From Cirrosporium novae-zelandiae (Eukaryota), in NCBI GenBank assembly GCA_026023565.1, contig JAPETS010000049.1, positions 62,001 through 126,000 on the forward strand: 64,000 nucleotides of DNA, given 5' to 3'. Every line of letters starts with the position of its first letter. Within the stretch, counting starts at the first letter, position 1. The translations under genes and the position numbers were made by a program. This document shows positions 25,621 to 39,507 of this stretch, one piece after another. Below the pieces are notes generated by a model that worked only from the letters and a program-made list of their open reading frames with translations, had not been told where the DNA came from and did no database searches.

Positions 25621-28188
25621 TTAATGATTTGAAGATAACAGTGCTTGCCTCCCCTCATCGCCGGCTTCTTTCTCGTTTATTTCGCCTTCATCTCTGTCCC
25701 GATATCGGTTGCCATTTTCATCAAGATCATCCTCTGACTCACTGAAGAGCTCGTCATCACTTTCTGTTGCTGCAAAGGCATCATACAGCTCGCCTGCTCT
25801 CCTCTTCTTCTTACCACCCATAAGACCTTGATTAACGCCTGCATCCCCCTCTTCTTCATCTGGCACAACCGCAAACTCATAATCATCTCTAGGACTATTG
25901 AGAATACGCTTCCGTCTTTGGACGTGGTAATATGTGCCAAGACCGATGCAAAAGATTATGATTAGGGCTGCAGCACCATATATCCATACTTGGGTGCTCT
26001 TAGAAACGCCAAACGTAGGGAGGAAGTTAGAAGAGGTTGCAGTGGCAGCGCTAGCGGAGGTCGTTGTCGTGGAGGATGGTGCAGTATTGGCCTCGGAAGT
26101 CGGGCTTGATGATGCGCCAGACGGTTTTTCATTGATAGGACGATCAATGTGATCAGTTGGGTTGGCAGCAAGAGCGGTGTCCGTCTCGGATGGAATGGTA
26201 ATGGCGGTGGTTGCAGCGGTGACGGTGGTAGTGACATTGTGGTCGTCATCGTCGTGTTCGGTGGGAAGAGGAATTGGTTCTTGTTTCGATGCATCGATAC
26301 TTTCACCCCAGAGATTCAGACGCCAGTCAACAAGAGTCCCACTAAATTCATTGACCTCGGTATCCTTGACAAGGATACTCCAATCACCGATGCCAGGTTC
26401 GCCCCTATGAATCAATTAGAACCCTCTTGGTAGTAATAGGGCTTGCTTTTACACTCACCAATGTGCTACGGACATGAAATTCCAGTCCTGGTATCCGGCA
26501 TCGCTGTCGTCATTTTTTCTCATGGTGCTGAGATGGCTGATAACTCCATTAGGACTGTGAAGTTCAACACTAACGTCACCTCTTCGGCCATGCTCGAGAT
26601 TCATAGTAATAGTCACTTGTTCAACCCGTTCCAGATTTGCAGCTTTCAAGTCCTCTTTGCTGACCGTAAAGGAGCTTTTAAGACCTTGGTCTCCCTGTGG
26701 TATAGAATGTTTTACATGCATCCATGGAGATTTAAACCAGGCTTGTGGCTTCACCAATTTCCATGTCTTGGCAGCTTCGACCAAAGCCCACGCATCAAGT
26801 TTACCATAGGCATAAGTATGACTATACTTCCTCCCAATGGTGGTTGTCTGCCAGTCTGGATCGTCTTCATTGACCGGAACAGCAGTCATAACTATCAGCC
26901 ATTGCATATCTCTCCATCCTAAATCTGGGCGGACGGAGAGCACAAGTCCAAAGATGCCAGCAGCAAGAGGGGCAGCAGCCGATGTACCTCCATGGGAGGT
27001 GCTGCATACATTTGTGCCGACATCTGTCGTATGGATTGAATCTCCGCTGCCGCTGCTATAAGTAACAGCTAGTGACGCAGAACACTTCTCGGAATAATAT
27101 GGGTGAAGGCCTTTTCTATCAATAGCACCAATGGTAATGCTGTAAATGCTGTTCGTATAACCGTCGAAGTTGCAGTTATCCCCAGCGGCAGCCCCGTTTC
27201 CGGCAGCAAAAACATAAATGGTCCCCTTTCCCCCACGACCCCGCTGAACGGCATTTGCCATTGCTCGTTTAATGAGGATGCCTGGGGCGTCCATAGACTT
27301 GCCGTCGTCCGGTGGCCCCCAAGAACAGGAGTAAATCTGATTCTTTTGCATTTCATAGTTCATCGCAACCGCTTCATCTTCGTCCGTAATGGGTTTTGAG
27401 AGAATCCGGATTCCAGCAACTTTGGAGTCATAGGCAACGCCAACCCCACAAACATTATTCCGAACAGCGGCAACTTCTCCTGCACATCTTGTGCCATGTC
27501 TGTCATCTGATAGCCTTGGTTTTGGCTCATCCGTCTTTTCATTGAAATCGTAAGAACCCTCAGCAAAATAGTTGCCTTTGAGGTCATCACTATACATGTC
27601 CAGACCATCATCAATAATGGCCACTGTTGCATTATAGCCAGTTACTCCTTGCATCCAAACACCGGTAACGTTGACATCGTGCCCAACTTCTATTGGGTTG
27701 TATAAGTGCCATTGGTCATTAAATATTGGATCCTGTATATCAAGGGTCCTTGCAATTTCCTGTCCTTTGACCACGGCAGGATTGACAGTTGGTGAATTCT
27801 GAGTGGAGCGCGAGGCATGTCTTTCTTCATGTGTAGGTGGGGGTATGCGCTTCGGCCACGGCGCTCTCAATTTCTGTTTCTGTGACCAGAGAATCGAGTC
27901 TAGAGGTTCAGAGGCTAAACCCCGCTTCCTCCTCCGTCTCCGAAGGTCTTGTAGAATTTCATCCGTCTGGTAACTTCGGTGTCGAGGAGATGAAAAGGTA
28001 TGATGACCGGGAAGCTCTCCCAAAGGTCCTTCGTATTCTAACTGTAATAATGTGGCGACTTGATTAGGTGAAGAGGAAGAATCAAGTTGTATAGCATAGT
28101 AATCGCGACTTTGGTAGTTTCGAGCATGTAAGGAGGCGAAACAAGAGGTAGAAAGGGCTAGAAGAGCAATAGTCTTTAGGATCTGCAT
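25621..28188 (-). CDS. KEX2: kexin (Kex2/KexB) subtilisin-like proprotein convertase
   Basis: Signal peptide from MQILKT (28188); S8 motifs IIDDGLD, HGTRCAGE, AAGNG and HGGTSAAAP; P domain, Ser/Thr stalk, TM helix and acidic tail with YEF and ELYDAF. One intron 26458-26405. Confidence 0.97.
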
Positions 28189-28432
28189 GATGCAAAAGGG
28201 ACTCTGACCTGGCAGAGCAAGAGGGTGCAGGAAAATTAGTGAGGGTGTAATAAAATAACGATAAGCTGGATATGCCAGCAAGAAACGGGATAGGATTAGC
28301 AAATCAGCATAGTTGTATAGTTGTAGTTGTTGCGATCTGAGAAGTACTGCAGTTAAGGAGGAAGTGAAGTACGAGTAGGCTGGGTTTTTCTGGGGTACTT
28401 TTGGTAGCAAGGCAAGCGAGTAAGGGAGCGGA

Positions 28433-28482
28433 GGTAGCAAGGTAGCAAGGTAGCAAGGTAGCAAGGTAACAAGGTAACAAGG
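28433..28482. repeat. 8-bp tandem repeat (GGTAGCAA/GGTAACAA)x6 upstream of KEX2
   Basis: Directly visible. Confidence 0.85.
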
Positions 28483-30042
28483 TCGTTGGTAGTCTGTTTG
28501 AGGTATTGGACTGTTTGTCTTGTTTGCCTTTAACATCTAAGACAAAGCTGAGGAATGACTGACTACTTTTAGGTGGATTCGCTTACGAGTCACAGACTTT
28601 ATTTAACGTCAATGCTCTTTGTTCACCTCAACCGTACGTACTGCTGAGTACTGGACAACATCTTTTTCTATTAAAGAATTGAGGCCACCACCCCTCCTTG
28701 GGCTATGATGATATGTTAAATGCATATATGCCTGATGATTATTTAATAAATCAATTAGAAGGTGAAAGGTGGGTGGAGGGGGAATGAGGTTACACCATAT
28801 AATGTTAGTAGCCAACCGAACTGTTCCAGCCTCAGATGTGGCTATATTTGACCAAGTACTAACTAGGTACTCACTAAGTACTAAATAGATAGATAGATGT
28901 GGCTAAATAGAATTGCCAAGTCGCTAAGTTCCGCCAAGTCAGCATACACGGACCACTAGGTTCCGAAACTAGTTTAGCGATTGTTTATGTAAGTATTTCT
29001 CCCATTAAACAAAGCCAAAAGGAAAAACAAATTGCCTCGATGCTGGTTGCTGGTGGTTGCTGGTGGTTGCTGGTGGTTGCTTGTGATGGAAACTTACAGA
29101 TATTGACAGTGGTTGGTGGTCAAACGGTAAGCGGTAAAGCATATGCTGGCTGCACAGCATCCTATCCTCCGTTTTTTTTTACTTACCCCCCCCCCCCCGG
29201 TCTATCCCCCCCTCCACATCCCATGTCCCGAATTTATCGCAACCATAAGTTGGGTGGTTAGCAAGTTAGTTGCCCGACCGCCTTTCAATTTCCAAGCTTA
29301 ACTACCCAGCCACCTTCAACTGGAAGGGAGAAAAAAAAAAAAAAAACAAAAAGAGTGACTACTGTAGAATTCATTAATAGTTCCCCGGTTAATATAAGAT
29401 GGTAAAAAAGCATTCGGAGCCTCGTCTTTCTAAATTCTCTCGATCCTCGTTTCTTGCGTACCATTATTTTTTACCATTTACTACATGCATAACCTCTTAA
29501 AACTCCGCTGCTGAAACCATCTGACAACCATACAACCTTACTCTGTACGTAGCAAAGCTATTGGCACCCGAAACTGCTGATCCAACTGGGCCCATCTATT
29601 GGCGGTACCTACCTACCTTTACCTGCACGCTGATGATACCCAAGATGTTCCCTCTTTCACCTTCTAACTTGTTCATCGCAGTAATTCTTTCTTCCCTTTC
29701 TACCATTCCTCTACTATCTCGATTGCTTATCAACCATTGCCTGCTATTCTATCAATATGAAGATGTCTTCATGTACGCTTCATTCTTTATGCGCCATTCT
29801 CCATCGGGTCTACTACAGCTTGCTAACTGTGTTCGTGGAATTACAGCTAGTGGAATCTAAATACCGCCCATCTTTCGTCAGATCCATACATCAATTGATT
29901 GCTGTTTTCACGATAAGGAATCGCCCTGTGGAAACCCAGTGAGGCCTACAACATCTATATCCACGTTAAACGTTACAGCAAACGGGCAATGATCAAGCGC
30001 ATATAAAAAATCACCAAAATATCTTCCATTTTGTGTGCGAAG

Positions 30043-33000
30043 ATGGAGGCTACTCAGAGACGTCCAAGCACAAGCCATCAAAATATGGGCCCTGCAGACT
30101 TTAGTTCGATGGCCTCAAATGATAAGGTGATAAATGGTATAAATGGTTTGGGTCGTTCATCGTCAAAACGACGGGGGAGTAGTCAGTGGAAACGTGACGC
30201 AACAATGAATGTTTTGTATCCTTCAGATATCGTCCCTCCTGCCCCCGATGTTCCCAGGGCGCCACCAATTTCTTACCGGGATCCATATGGAAACAGTATT
30301 AAACCCAGATCGGGAGGACATTCTCGTTCTTTTTCGGCTCGTACCTACGCTGACAACGCCCATGTCCCAATCACCGTTCAAGCGTACGAAACCAGATCAA
30401 GATCTAATTCAGCTGGCAAGGATGATAGACATCATCGAAGGGGAAGTGTTGATGGGCATAATAATGTCAAGTATGCCGACATTAAACAAGCAGTTCCAGC
30501 TTCGTATGCTACTACCTCTGCTGCTAATGATCCGCCGACTGAGCCGAGAAATGACGGAACTCATCATACATCCAGCTCTAAAGCTCATCGTTCCAATTCA
30601 ACCTCCCGAAGACTCCCCGATCCTCCAAACCCGCAAACTTCACATTCTAGTAGCCGACGAACGGCTTCAAATTCTCACAAGACGCATACGCGTTCAAACA
30701 GCCGGGCTGTCTCCGTTCCATTTAATGCTACTGTAGAACAAAAACGAGAGTGGGCTCCGGACAGGTCCCCCCTGCAGAAACTGGAAGTTACCTTGGGCGA
30801 CATCAGCAAGGAGGAAAAGCGAGCAAGAGTTGCAGAAGCAGAGATGCAAGTCAAGGAAACAAATCCCAGTCAAGGAGGTTCCAGAAGTAATGGAGAAAAG
30901 GTTTCAGGCAGCAGTAAACGAGAGCATGCGCACCATAACTCAACTAGGCATGCGGTAGCAGATGGTGCGAACATGAACAGAAACCACAGCACTAGAGAAC
31001 GGTCTCGAAACCAACCATCAACTTCGCGGAAGGATGAAACGAGACATCCCTCTATGGATCATCATGGGGACCATGATTACTATGAGACCCGGCGTACTGA
31101 AAGCCGAAGCAATGGTAATGGGTCACAATCTCAAAGGCCTCCCAAGACCAATGGACAACAAAGTTCTGCGCATCGTCATAATCAGTCCAGCGGGAAGCCA
31201 GTGGTCTGGGAATATGAAACTAGAGAGCAATTTTATGTACCACCAGGGAAGAACGAAGCAGTTTCTACAGGGTACGAGGTACGCGACAAGAGCACAAACC
31301 ACCACGATCGCAGTAATAGCGACCAGAGTCGGGGTTTCCACGAAACAATCATCTCTAGTTCGGGTACGACGGGAGCGGTTGTTGGACGGAGTAATAGTCG
31401 GAAGCTTCATAAAGATCCTCCCCAGGTCAAATCAATCGGGGGTGGTAACAATGGCTGGTCGCTAAATGTTGCCCAGGATCAACAGACACAAAATCGTCGC
31501 AATGATAAAAGTTATCGTGCGTACGATGATCAACTTGACGATGCCCTTCCAAGAGAATCTGTTGAGGTAAGAAGAGGAAACTCATTGAGTTATGATCGCC
31601 CCCCGCAAAAGATTGGGGGGCCTAGCCTCGCGCCTCAGAGCGTGAATCCTGACGGCGTCCAGCATAGACATCATCTTACTGGGATATTCAGTCGTGAACC
31701 CAAAAATCAGAGTATTTCGATACAAGATCCTAGGGCAGCCGCACCTCGACTCGACGAGTGGAAAACTGCGGGAGCAGCTCGGTTAATGGGAGAAGCTCTT
31801 GACCTTAGTGATCCAGCAAGCACCAAAGCATGGTGGGAGGGTGGGAGTACAAGAAAACGTTCGTCTTCCAAATCACATTATATTGATAATGTGGATGGAA
31901 GATGGGACAGCGATTCTCGTTAGTATTTCTTTTTTTCTTTCCATCTCCGTGAATTCTTCTCCTTGAAACTTAGCTTGAAAGGATGTCTTCTGAAATTGAA
32001 CAATCTATGGCAAATACGTGAATATACTGAATCCGAACTAATGAATTACCCAGAGCCTGCCTATTTCCGACCACAACTTTATCTGAAATGTGGCCCGCTG
32101 CTCCGATACACCGGCATACGACGAGAAAAGATAACCAAGTCCAATAGCAGGAAGCAGAGTCAACCAGTTGAACGCGAGGTCTGGAGAGGAAGCGTCATGA
32201 TTGTCACCGCAGATTCTGCCTCTTCCTATGAAACTGTACCAACTCTTCGCCTTTTTGCGCAACCAATGGACCTCATTCCGCCGCCGCCTGAGCATATTGA
32301 TACCGAGAGTGGACAACAGCTGGCCCCTGAATACGTCGATCCAATAGCAGGCTTGCCAAAGCTTTCCAGAACCGGAAAGACGCTGTATGTTAAGCCAATT
32401 GACCATATCGACGAAGGAAAAGATCTATCTCGTCTAGAGAACGGGGATGGTCTTTTTGAAGAAACACCCAGTCCAATCGAGGACCTCTCACAACCAGAAT
32501 TAACTGGAATAAAGCCAAAGGCGAGAGTGGGCCCAAACAGGCTACGTGGGCCTGATGGTGAAAAATTAGGATTATACAGTGATGTCAAGGGTATTCGTCT
32601 ACACACAGAACGAGGTTCGTATTTTGGATCATCGATACTATCTTTGATTACTAATATTCTTTAGGTCTTACCTTTTGGCGATTTAATCTTGAGGTCGAGC
32701 TTGGTGAAACCCAGGCTCGTATAGCATACAAAATCAATAAGGGACCAGCTATCGGATTTTGGGTTCCCGCCAGAGGTCAAAGTATGAATATTATGTTCCA
32801 CAGTTGCAATGGTTTCAGTCTCACCGTGAACCCCGATCAATTCTGTGGCCCTGATCCTATGTGGAGAGATGTTTTGAATACTCATCAAACTAGGCCGTTC
32901 CACGTCATGATTGGAGGTGGTGACCAAATATATAATGATGCCGTGATGCGTGATTGCCCTGAATTCGCGGCGTGGTTAGCCTTGAAGAATCCTGTGGACA

Positions 33001-34948
33001 AACATCGAGCCTTATTTTCCCCGAGAATGCAAGAGGAGCTTGAATTGACCTATCTCGAGAGATATTGCATGTGGTTTTCCCAGGGCATATTCAGTATGGC
33101 TAATTCACAGATTCCAATGGTCAACATGTGGGATGATCATGGTAAGTCTAATACCCGTATATATTAACGTAGCTAACAGCCTGTAGATATTATTGATGGG
33201 TTTGGCTCGTATCCGCATCATTTTATGAGAGCTCCTGTCTTTTCTGGGATTGGCGCGGTTGCTTTCAAATATTATATGCTCTTTCAGCATCAAAGTGTAC
33301 CAGAAGAAACTCAAGCCGATGAACCAAGTTGGCTTCTTGGTGCTGAATCTGGCCCATATATTCATGAGTTGAGTAGAAGTGTCTTCATGTTTCTTGGGAA
33401 GAAGATTGCTTTCCTGGGTTTAGACTGTCGAACTGAACGAACGGTACGTATCGGTGGTATATGATCTCAGGAAAGGTGCTGACCGTATTTATAGAAGGAT
33501 GAAGTTTTGAGCGAAGACACTTATGATCTTGTGTTTGAGAAACTAGAACGTGAGATTATCAAGGGTGAGACGAAGCATCTTATCGTCCTATTAGGGGTAC
33601 CTATCGCATATCCAAGATTGGTAGGTATTGAAGTCTAGCTATTTTCGATCAACGCTTATTGAATATCTAGGTCTGGCTCGAAACCTTGCTTACTAGCAAA
33701 TTAATGAACCCGGTGAAAGCCATGGGCCGTGCTGGACTTTTCGGCAAAGGGCTTCTTAATAAATTTGACGGTGGTGTAGAGATCCTAGACGACCTGGATG
33801 ATCATTGGACCGCCAAAGAACACAAGACGGAACGAAACTGGTTCGTCGAAGAACTCCAGGAGCTAGCTGCGGAGAAGTCAGTCCGCATAACCATCCTGGG
33901 AGGCGATGTCCATCTGGCAGCCATCGGCCAGTTTTACTCCAATCCCAAACTTAGAGTCCCGAAACATCATGATCATAGATATATCCCAAACGTCATATCG
34001 TCTGCAATTGTCAACACACCGCCCCCAGAAATGCTAGCCGATGTCCTCAACAAGCGTAATAAGGTCCATCATCTCAACCCGGATACAGACGAGAGCATGA
34101 TCCCAATGTTCACTCATGATACTGACGGCAAGCGACGCAACAACAAGCACTTGTTGCCGAGGCGGAATTGGTGTTCTATCAAAGAATACCAGCCTGGTTC
34201 GACGCCCCCATCCACCCCATCTCCAGTTCTAGAGCAGCAAACTCCGGATTATCCTTCACCTCCAGGAAGCCTTCAGCGGACAATGTCGCTATCATCAAAA
34301 AGCGATAAGAAACCAAGTCTCTTCCGACGCTTGTCCCGTAAAAAAGGACCGCCAATTGCTTATGATGCGGCCATGGAACGGGCTGGATTGGAGAGGCCTT
34401 CCACCGCTAAGAGTACAGCATCTTCGCATGCGCCAGGGAGTTACTTCCCCCCACAAACAAGATCTGCGGATATTTCAAGAGCTTCCTCAATTGATAATCC
34501 AAGGCCACCACGGCCAGGTCAAATCATGAGACGAGCAACAAATTTCAGCGAAAAGGCTGCCAAAAAAGGAGGATACGGCGAAGACGAAATGGAGGTTGAT
34601 TTGGAGCATGGGCTAGATATCACATTAAATTGTGAGGTTAGACAAACTGACCCATCGGGAATTACTGCCCCGTATCGACTACTGGTACCGGCGCTGTGGT
34701 ACTCAGGTGAGCGGCCACCATCTCCAACCACGACGAAGGCCAAGGGTGTGTTTGGCATTGGCAAGGCAACCGGCAGCCACCGAAATAGCTTGGCAGACCA
34801 ACAAGGACTCGGGGAGTGGGGACAAGAACATGAATCAACGACTGATGACGAAGGTCATGAGGAAGGCAGTGGACAGGAGCATGGGTATGGCGGGGGTTAT
34901 AGTGGGGTGGAAGCATACAAGGAGAAGAAACAGCGGAAGTGGTTTTGA
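30043..34948 (+). CDS. PhoD-like metallophosphatase-domain protein with long disordered N-terminus, 6 exons
   Basis: Motifs CGPLLRY, MFHSCNGFS, HVMIGGGDQIYND, NMWDDHDIIDGFGSY, LDCRTER and LGGDVHLAA. GT-AG introns near 31919-32053, 32615-32664, 33141, 33444 and 33621. Confidence 0.88.
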
Positions 34949-35881
34949 TGAAATGATGACGATGATGAATTGAATGCATAAGCTAGCGAATTGGGATACC
35001 CATCAGCTTGCTGCTGAGCGCCTGTTTTGCTACAAATACCCCTCTGTTAAAAATGAAGCATACGATAAATAATTGAAAGGTAGTTGGATATCAGGGAAAT
35101 CATGTTAGTGTTAGTGAGATATGAAATATTTATGTTCCATGAATTGAATGTGAAGAAGGATAATGATGATGATGATGTATTATTGGTAGGAAAATGGAGG
35201 TGGTGACGAAATGAAAGAAGACATCGGTAAGGAAATGGTGGTCTGGACCAAAATTGTTTCTAATCCTCGTCGGGGCTAGGCTTTAAAGCGGGAAGGGGTC
35301 GGGGGGGGATGAGGGAGTTGTTGGGTGCCTGAGGGGAAAAACTTGTTATCAAACTTGTTCTGTGGCCTGCAGGGTTCCGATAAGAAAAAACTGGGATTGG
35401 GACGCTTCTGGAATTCAGCCTTGGTAAGTTTAGTCGATGTTAATAATTAATTAAGAAGTTGAAAGAAAAATCTTTGATGGATAGAAAACTACCTGGGTAC
35501 CCAATTCAACTCTCAAGAATTGGAGCCTTTGGATTATGCAACACAAGGGCCCGCCCACCGATGACCAATCAACCCTCCATTTCTCATATCCACAAGAGTC
35601 CAGCCTGCCACTTCCCTAGCTATTTACTATTAATTCCCCTGGCTGCTCCTCTTCTTGTTTCTCATTTCCCATCAACATTTAAAACAATCTTCAAATCAAA
35701 AGCCTCCTCCTCCTTCAATCCGAGACGTACTTTTGTTCATAGACCATTACCATCTTCCATAGGGATATCCTTCCTTGCGGCTACGCCCTTGATATCATTC
35801 CAACAAAAGAATCCCTCGAATAACAAAAGCAATCCTGCATCTGCGCATTCGCGCTTCACATCCACTTTACAACCCCAAAAG

Positions 35882-37014
35882 ATGCATAGCAAGGTCGTCG
35901 TCGTGGGCTCTGGCCCCGCTGCACACACAGCAGCCATCTATCTAGCACGAGCAGAGCTAAAACGTATGTATCATTTCCTCAGGCTATAGTTTTGCAGTCA
36001 CTGACATTTATCTTCTTTAGCCGTAATGTATGAAGGCATGCTTGCTAATGGCGTTGCTGCTGGCGGTCAATTAACAACCACAACCGACATCGAAAACTTC
36101 CCCGGCTTCCCTCAAGGCATCAATGGCTCTGTATTGATGGATCAAATGCGCGAACAATCTGTCCGCTTTGGTACTGAGATCATAACTGAAACTGTCGTTA
36201 AAGTCGACCTATCTTCACGCCCCTTCAAATTCTGGCTGGAATATGCCGAAGATGCCGAGCCTCACACTTGTGATGCATTGATTATTGCTACCGGCGCTTC
36301 TGCACGAAGACTCCATCTAGCTGGGGAAGACAAATTCTGGCAAAACGGTGTCAGTGCCTGCGCTGTCTGTGATGGTGCTGTTCCAATTTTCAGAAAGAAG
36401 CCTCTGGTGGTGATTGGAGGTGGCGATTCGGCGGCCGAAGAAGCCTTATTCTTGACAAAATACGGCAGCTCAGTCACTGTTCTGGTGAGAAGAGACGTAT
36501 TGAGAGCTTCCAAGACGATGGCTAAGCGACTGCTAGCCCACCCCAAGGTGAATGTTAAATATAATACTGTTGCAGTTGAGATTACTGGAGAAGAAGCTGC
36601 CAACGGCCTCATGACTGGGCTGACAGTCAAGAATACCATTACTGGCGAGCAGGAGAAGCTCCAGGCCAATGGACTATTCTATGCTGTTGGTCATGACCCA
36701 GCTACGCAAATCTTCAAGAAGCAGGTTCAGATGGATGAAGACGGTTACATTGTTACAAAACCAGGAACCAGCTTTACCAACATTGAAGGTGTTTTTGCTG
36801 CAGGTGATGTTCAAGACAAACGGTATCGCCAGGCAATCACTTCCGCAGGTATGCTGGAATCTACGATGTTGATATTTTTCATGGTTCGCTAACATTTATT
36901 TCAGGAACCGGCTGCATTGCTGCTCTAGAAGCGGAACGATACCTCGCGGAGCAAGAAGGCGAGGTGGAAGTCGAGGCAAAGAAACCGGGGCAAACTAATG
37001 GCTATGCACTATGA
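35882..37014 (+). CDS. TRR1: thioredoxin reductase (low-Mr fungal type)
   Basis: [16 protein letters not shown] redox motif, GGGDSA NADPH motif and [10 protein letters not shown]; introns 35964-36020 and 36849-36904. Confidence 0.97.
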
Positions 37015-37624
37015 CTATAGGGAGTTTTAAGGTACCAGGAATTCGGGGTATTCATGACACTTTTCTGCATGGCATCGCATTATACCAGCTTAGAGCATGG
37101 GTGGATAGAACAAATGCTGGATAAGGAGGATTATGTCAAACTTTGTATATATCTAATAGAGAAATGAAGAAAAAGAAATTTCTGATTAAAATTTGCTCCA
37201 TGCAATCTCTATTTTATGATTCCCATTACTCCGGGGGATTCAATTAGTTCGACTGCAAAGGTTTTTCTAAAAGTTCGAAATTTCCAATCGTGGAATTGAT
37301 CTGTTGTGCCAAGGTGAGCCGATCTGAAGTGTAATGACAACATTTGAAGGTGTCTCAGGGCCAGGGTCCCCTCGGTCCTTTTCCCCATCATCTCCATCAT
37401 CCCCATGGGTTTGTTGTATCAAACATCTACTTTAGTATTATTACTATCCCGACTGTCTTTTCTACCGTCTTCAAAATGATACGATAATAGCTGAGCGAGG
37501 TTCTTCACCTCATTGCCTGCTTTGAGCAGGCTCCGATATAATCCTTCTACCCCACCAATCTTTCAATCTCCCGCTGTCATCAAGCTTAATCCAACCTGCT
37601 GCCTGTTCCCGCTCAACAATATCA

Positions 37625-38471
37625 ATGTCCGCCACCAAACAACTGCGGAAAGCCGCACGTATAATTCTTGTCGGCGCACCAGGCGTTGGGAAAGGAACTC
37701 AGACCGAGCGGTTGATCAAAAAATTTCCACAGCTATCAGCCGTTAGCTCTGGGGACTTGCTTCGTGAGAATGTCAGACGGGGGACACCGCTGGGTAAGAA
37801 ATATTCCCTGGGTTTTACACCATCATAGTCTTTATGCCTGCCAGTTAAGTTCCAGTTGATTCTGATCCAGATTTTTTTTTCTAGGCCTTAAAGCAGAGGC
37901 GACAATGAAAGCTGGTAGTCTCGTTCCAGACGCCATGATCCTTCAACTCATTGTCTCCGAACTTAGTAGCCAAGGCTGGTTGTCACCTTCAACTACAAAT
38001 GTCGATGCATTACTCGCCAGCACGTTTTCATTTGTTAACAAACCAACTGCTCCGTCGGATGATCCGTTATCGTCGTTTATCCTAGATGGCTTTCCGCGCA
38101 ACGTCAACCAAGCTTCCCTGCTGGATCGGCTTGTTCCCATCAATTGCGTGGTCAATCTAGTGACCCCCCCTTCGATTATCCTACATCGAATAGCGAATCG
38201 CTGGATACATGCCCCTTCTGGTCGTGTCTACAATTCTGATTTTAATGTCCCTAGAGTTCCCGGGAAGGATGATATTACGGGGGAGCCATTAATAAAACGA
38301 GATGACGATAATGTCGAGACGTTCAAGGCAAGGCTGAAGACTTTTGATGAAACTAGCCGACCACTTCTGGAACATTACGAGAAGATGGGGGTGCTCTGGA
38401 AGATAGAAGGCAACAGTAGTGATGAGATCAGTCCTAAACTATTCCAGGAGTTAGAAAAGAGGTTTGGATAG
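37625..38471 (+). CDS. ADK2: adenylate kinase, GTP:AMP phosphotransferase (yeast Adk2/AK3 type)
   Basis: P-loop [24 protein letters not shown] and [15 protein letters not shown]; intron 37794-37884. Confidence 0.92.
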
Positions 38472-39096
38472 ATGGTCTATTTGGTTAAGAAGGCAAAAAG
38501 AGTGAATTATTTCTTGATATAATACATGGTGAAAGAGTATTGCCAGATATTGCTAGACTTATTTTTCCAAGTTTTGTGGCATTGATACACTGATTGAACG
38601 AAAGCCTTGGATATTCTGAGCAAGGAAGGTTGTTTTCCTGGAGTTGGAATATATGTTGTACTTATACAAAGGATCATTACGATGATATCTAAATTTCTGC
38701 CTGAGGATTCGTATTTGTTATCGCCAGCTGTCTATCTGATGATGATATGTCTGTGGCTTGGCTGATTATGCTTAATCCCTGGAATGTTCCATGGATCGAT
38801 CATGACTCTGGAATCTGGATGGAATTTGGTGGGGCTATGATGAATAATACTCCATATCAGGTCATATTTTTTTATTTTTTTTTCTCTGCTTATTTTTTTG
38901 TGTAAAAGAATAAGACCTATCCTAGTTATTTAGTAGTCGAGGGGTATACTATAGTAGGTTATTACTCTATTAACTACCTAGATACCTGGACACATTCTAT
39001 ACCTTGTAGTTAAAGATGCTTACTGCCGCAGTACAGAGAATGTAGAGGTAATAAAGAAGTTGTTGAGGAATAGAAAGTTCGTTGTTGAATGATGCA

Positions 39097-39151
39097 AGCA
39101 AACAAGCAAACAAGCAAACAAGCAAACAAGCAAACAAGCAAACAAGCAAAC
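39097..39151. repeat. 8-bp tandem repeat (AAGCAAAC)x7
   Basis: Directly visible; explains the spurious ORFs QANKQTSK / CLLVCLFA. Confidence 0.9.
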
Positions 39152-39507
39152 AGGGGTTCCCGGCCGGACTTCTCGGACCGGACATTTGATTTGAGTCTTT
39201 GTCCGAGAATTTCGGCCAGCCCTGCAGTTATCCTGCCAGCTAGCGAGCGAGCAACTCATCTCTTACCCCATCTCATTGTCTCCCTCTCTTCTTTACATTG
39301 TAACCCATCAACGTGAAGACTTTGTATTCATTCATTCATTCTCCTCTTTCTACTCATCATATTGCAACCCAATTAATACACTACTACACTACACTATACG
39401 CTAAGCCCATCACAAATATCAGCACACCAGGCTTTGAATTCCCTTTGTATACTTTGCTAGACATATTGAAATACCTCGACACTATCTCATCACCCATACT
39501 CGGCACC

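Noticed and set aside
28189..28536. N-terminal extension of Kex2 in the ORF track
   Set aside because: It runs through an 8-bp tandem repeat; the signal peptide starts at ATG 28188.
38997..39316. Repetitive ORFs or a CRISPR-like array
   Set aside because: Simple 8-bp tandem repeat without spacers in a eukaryotic genome.
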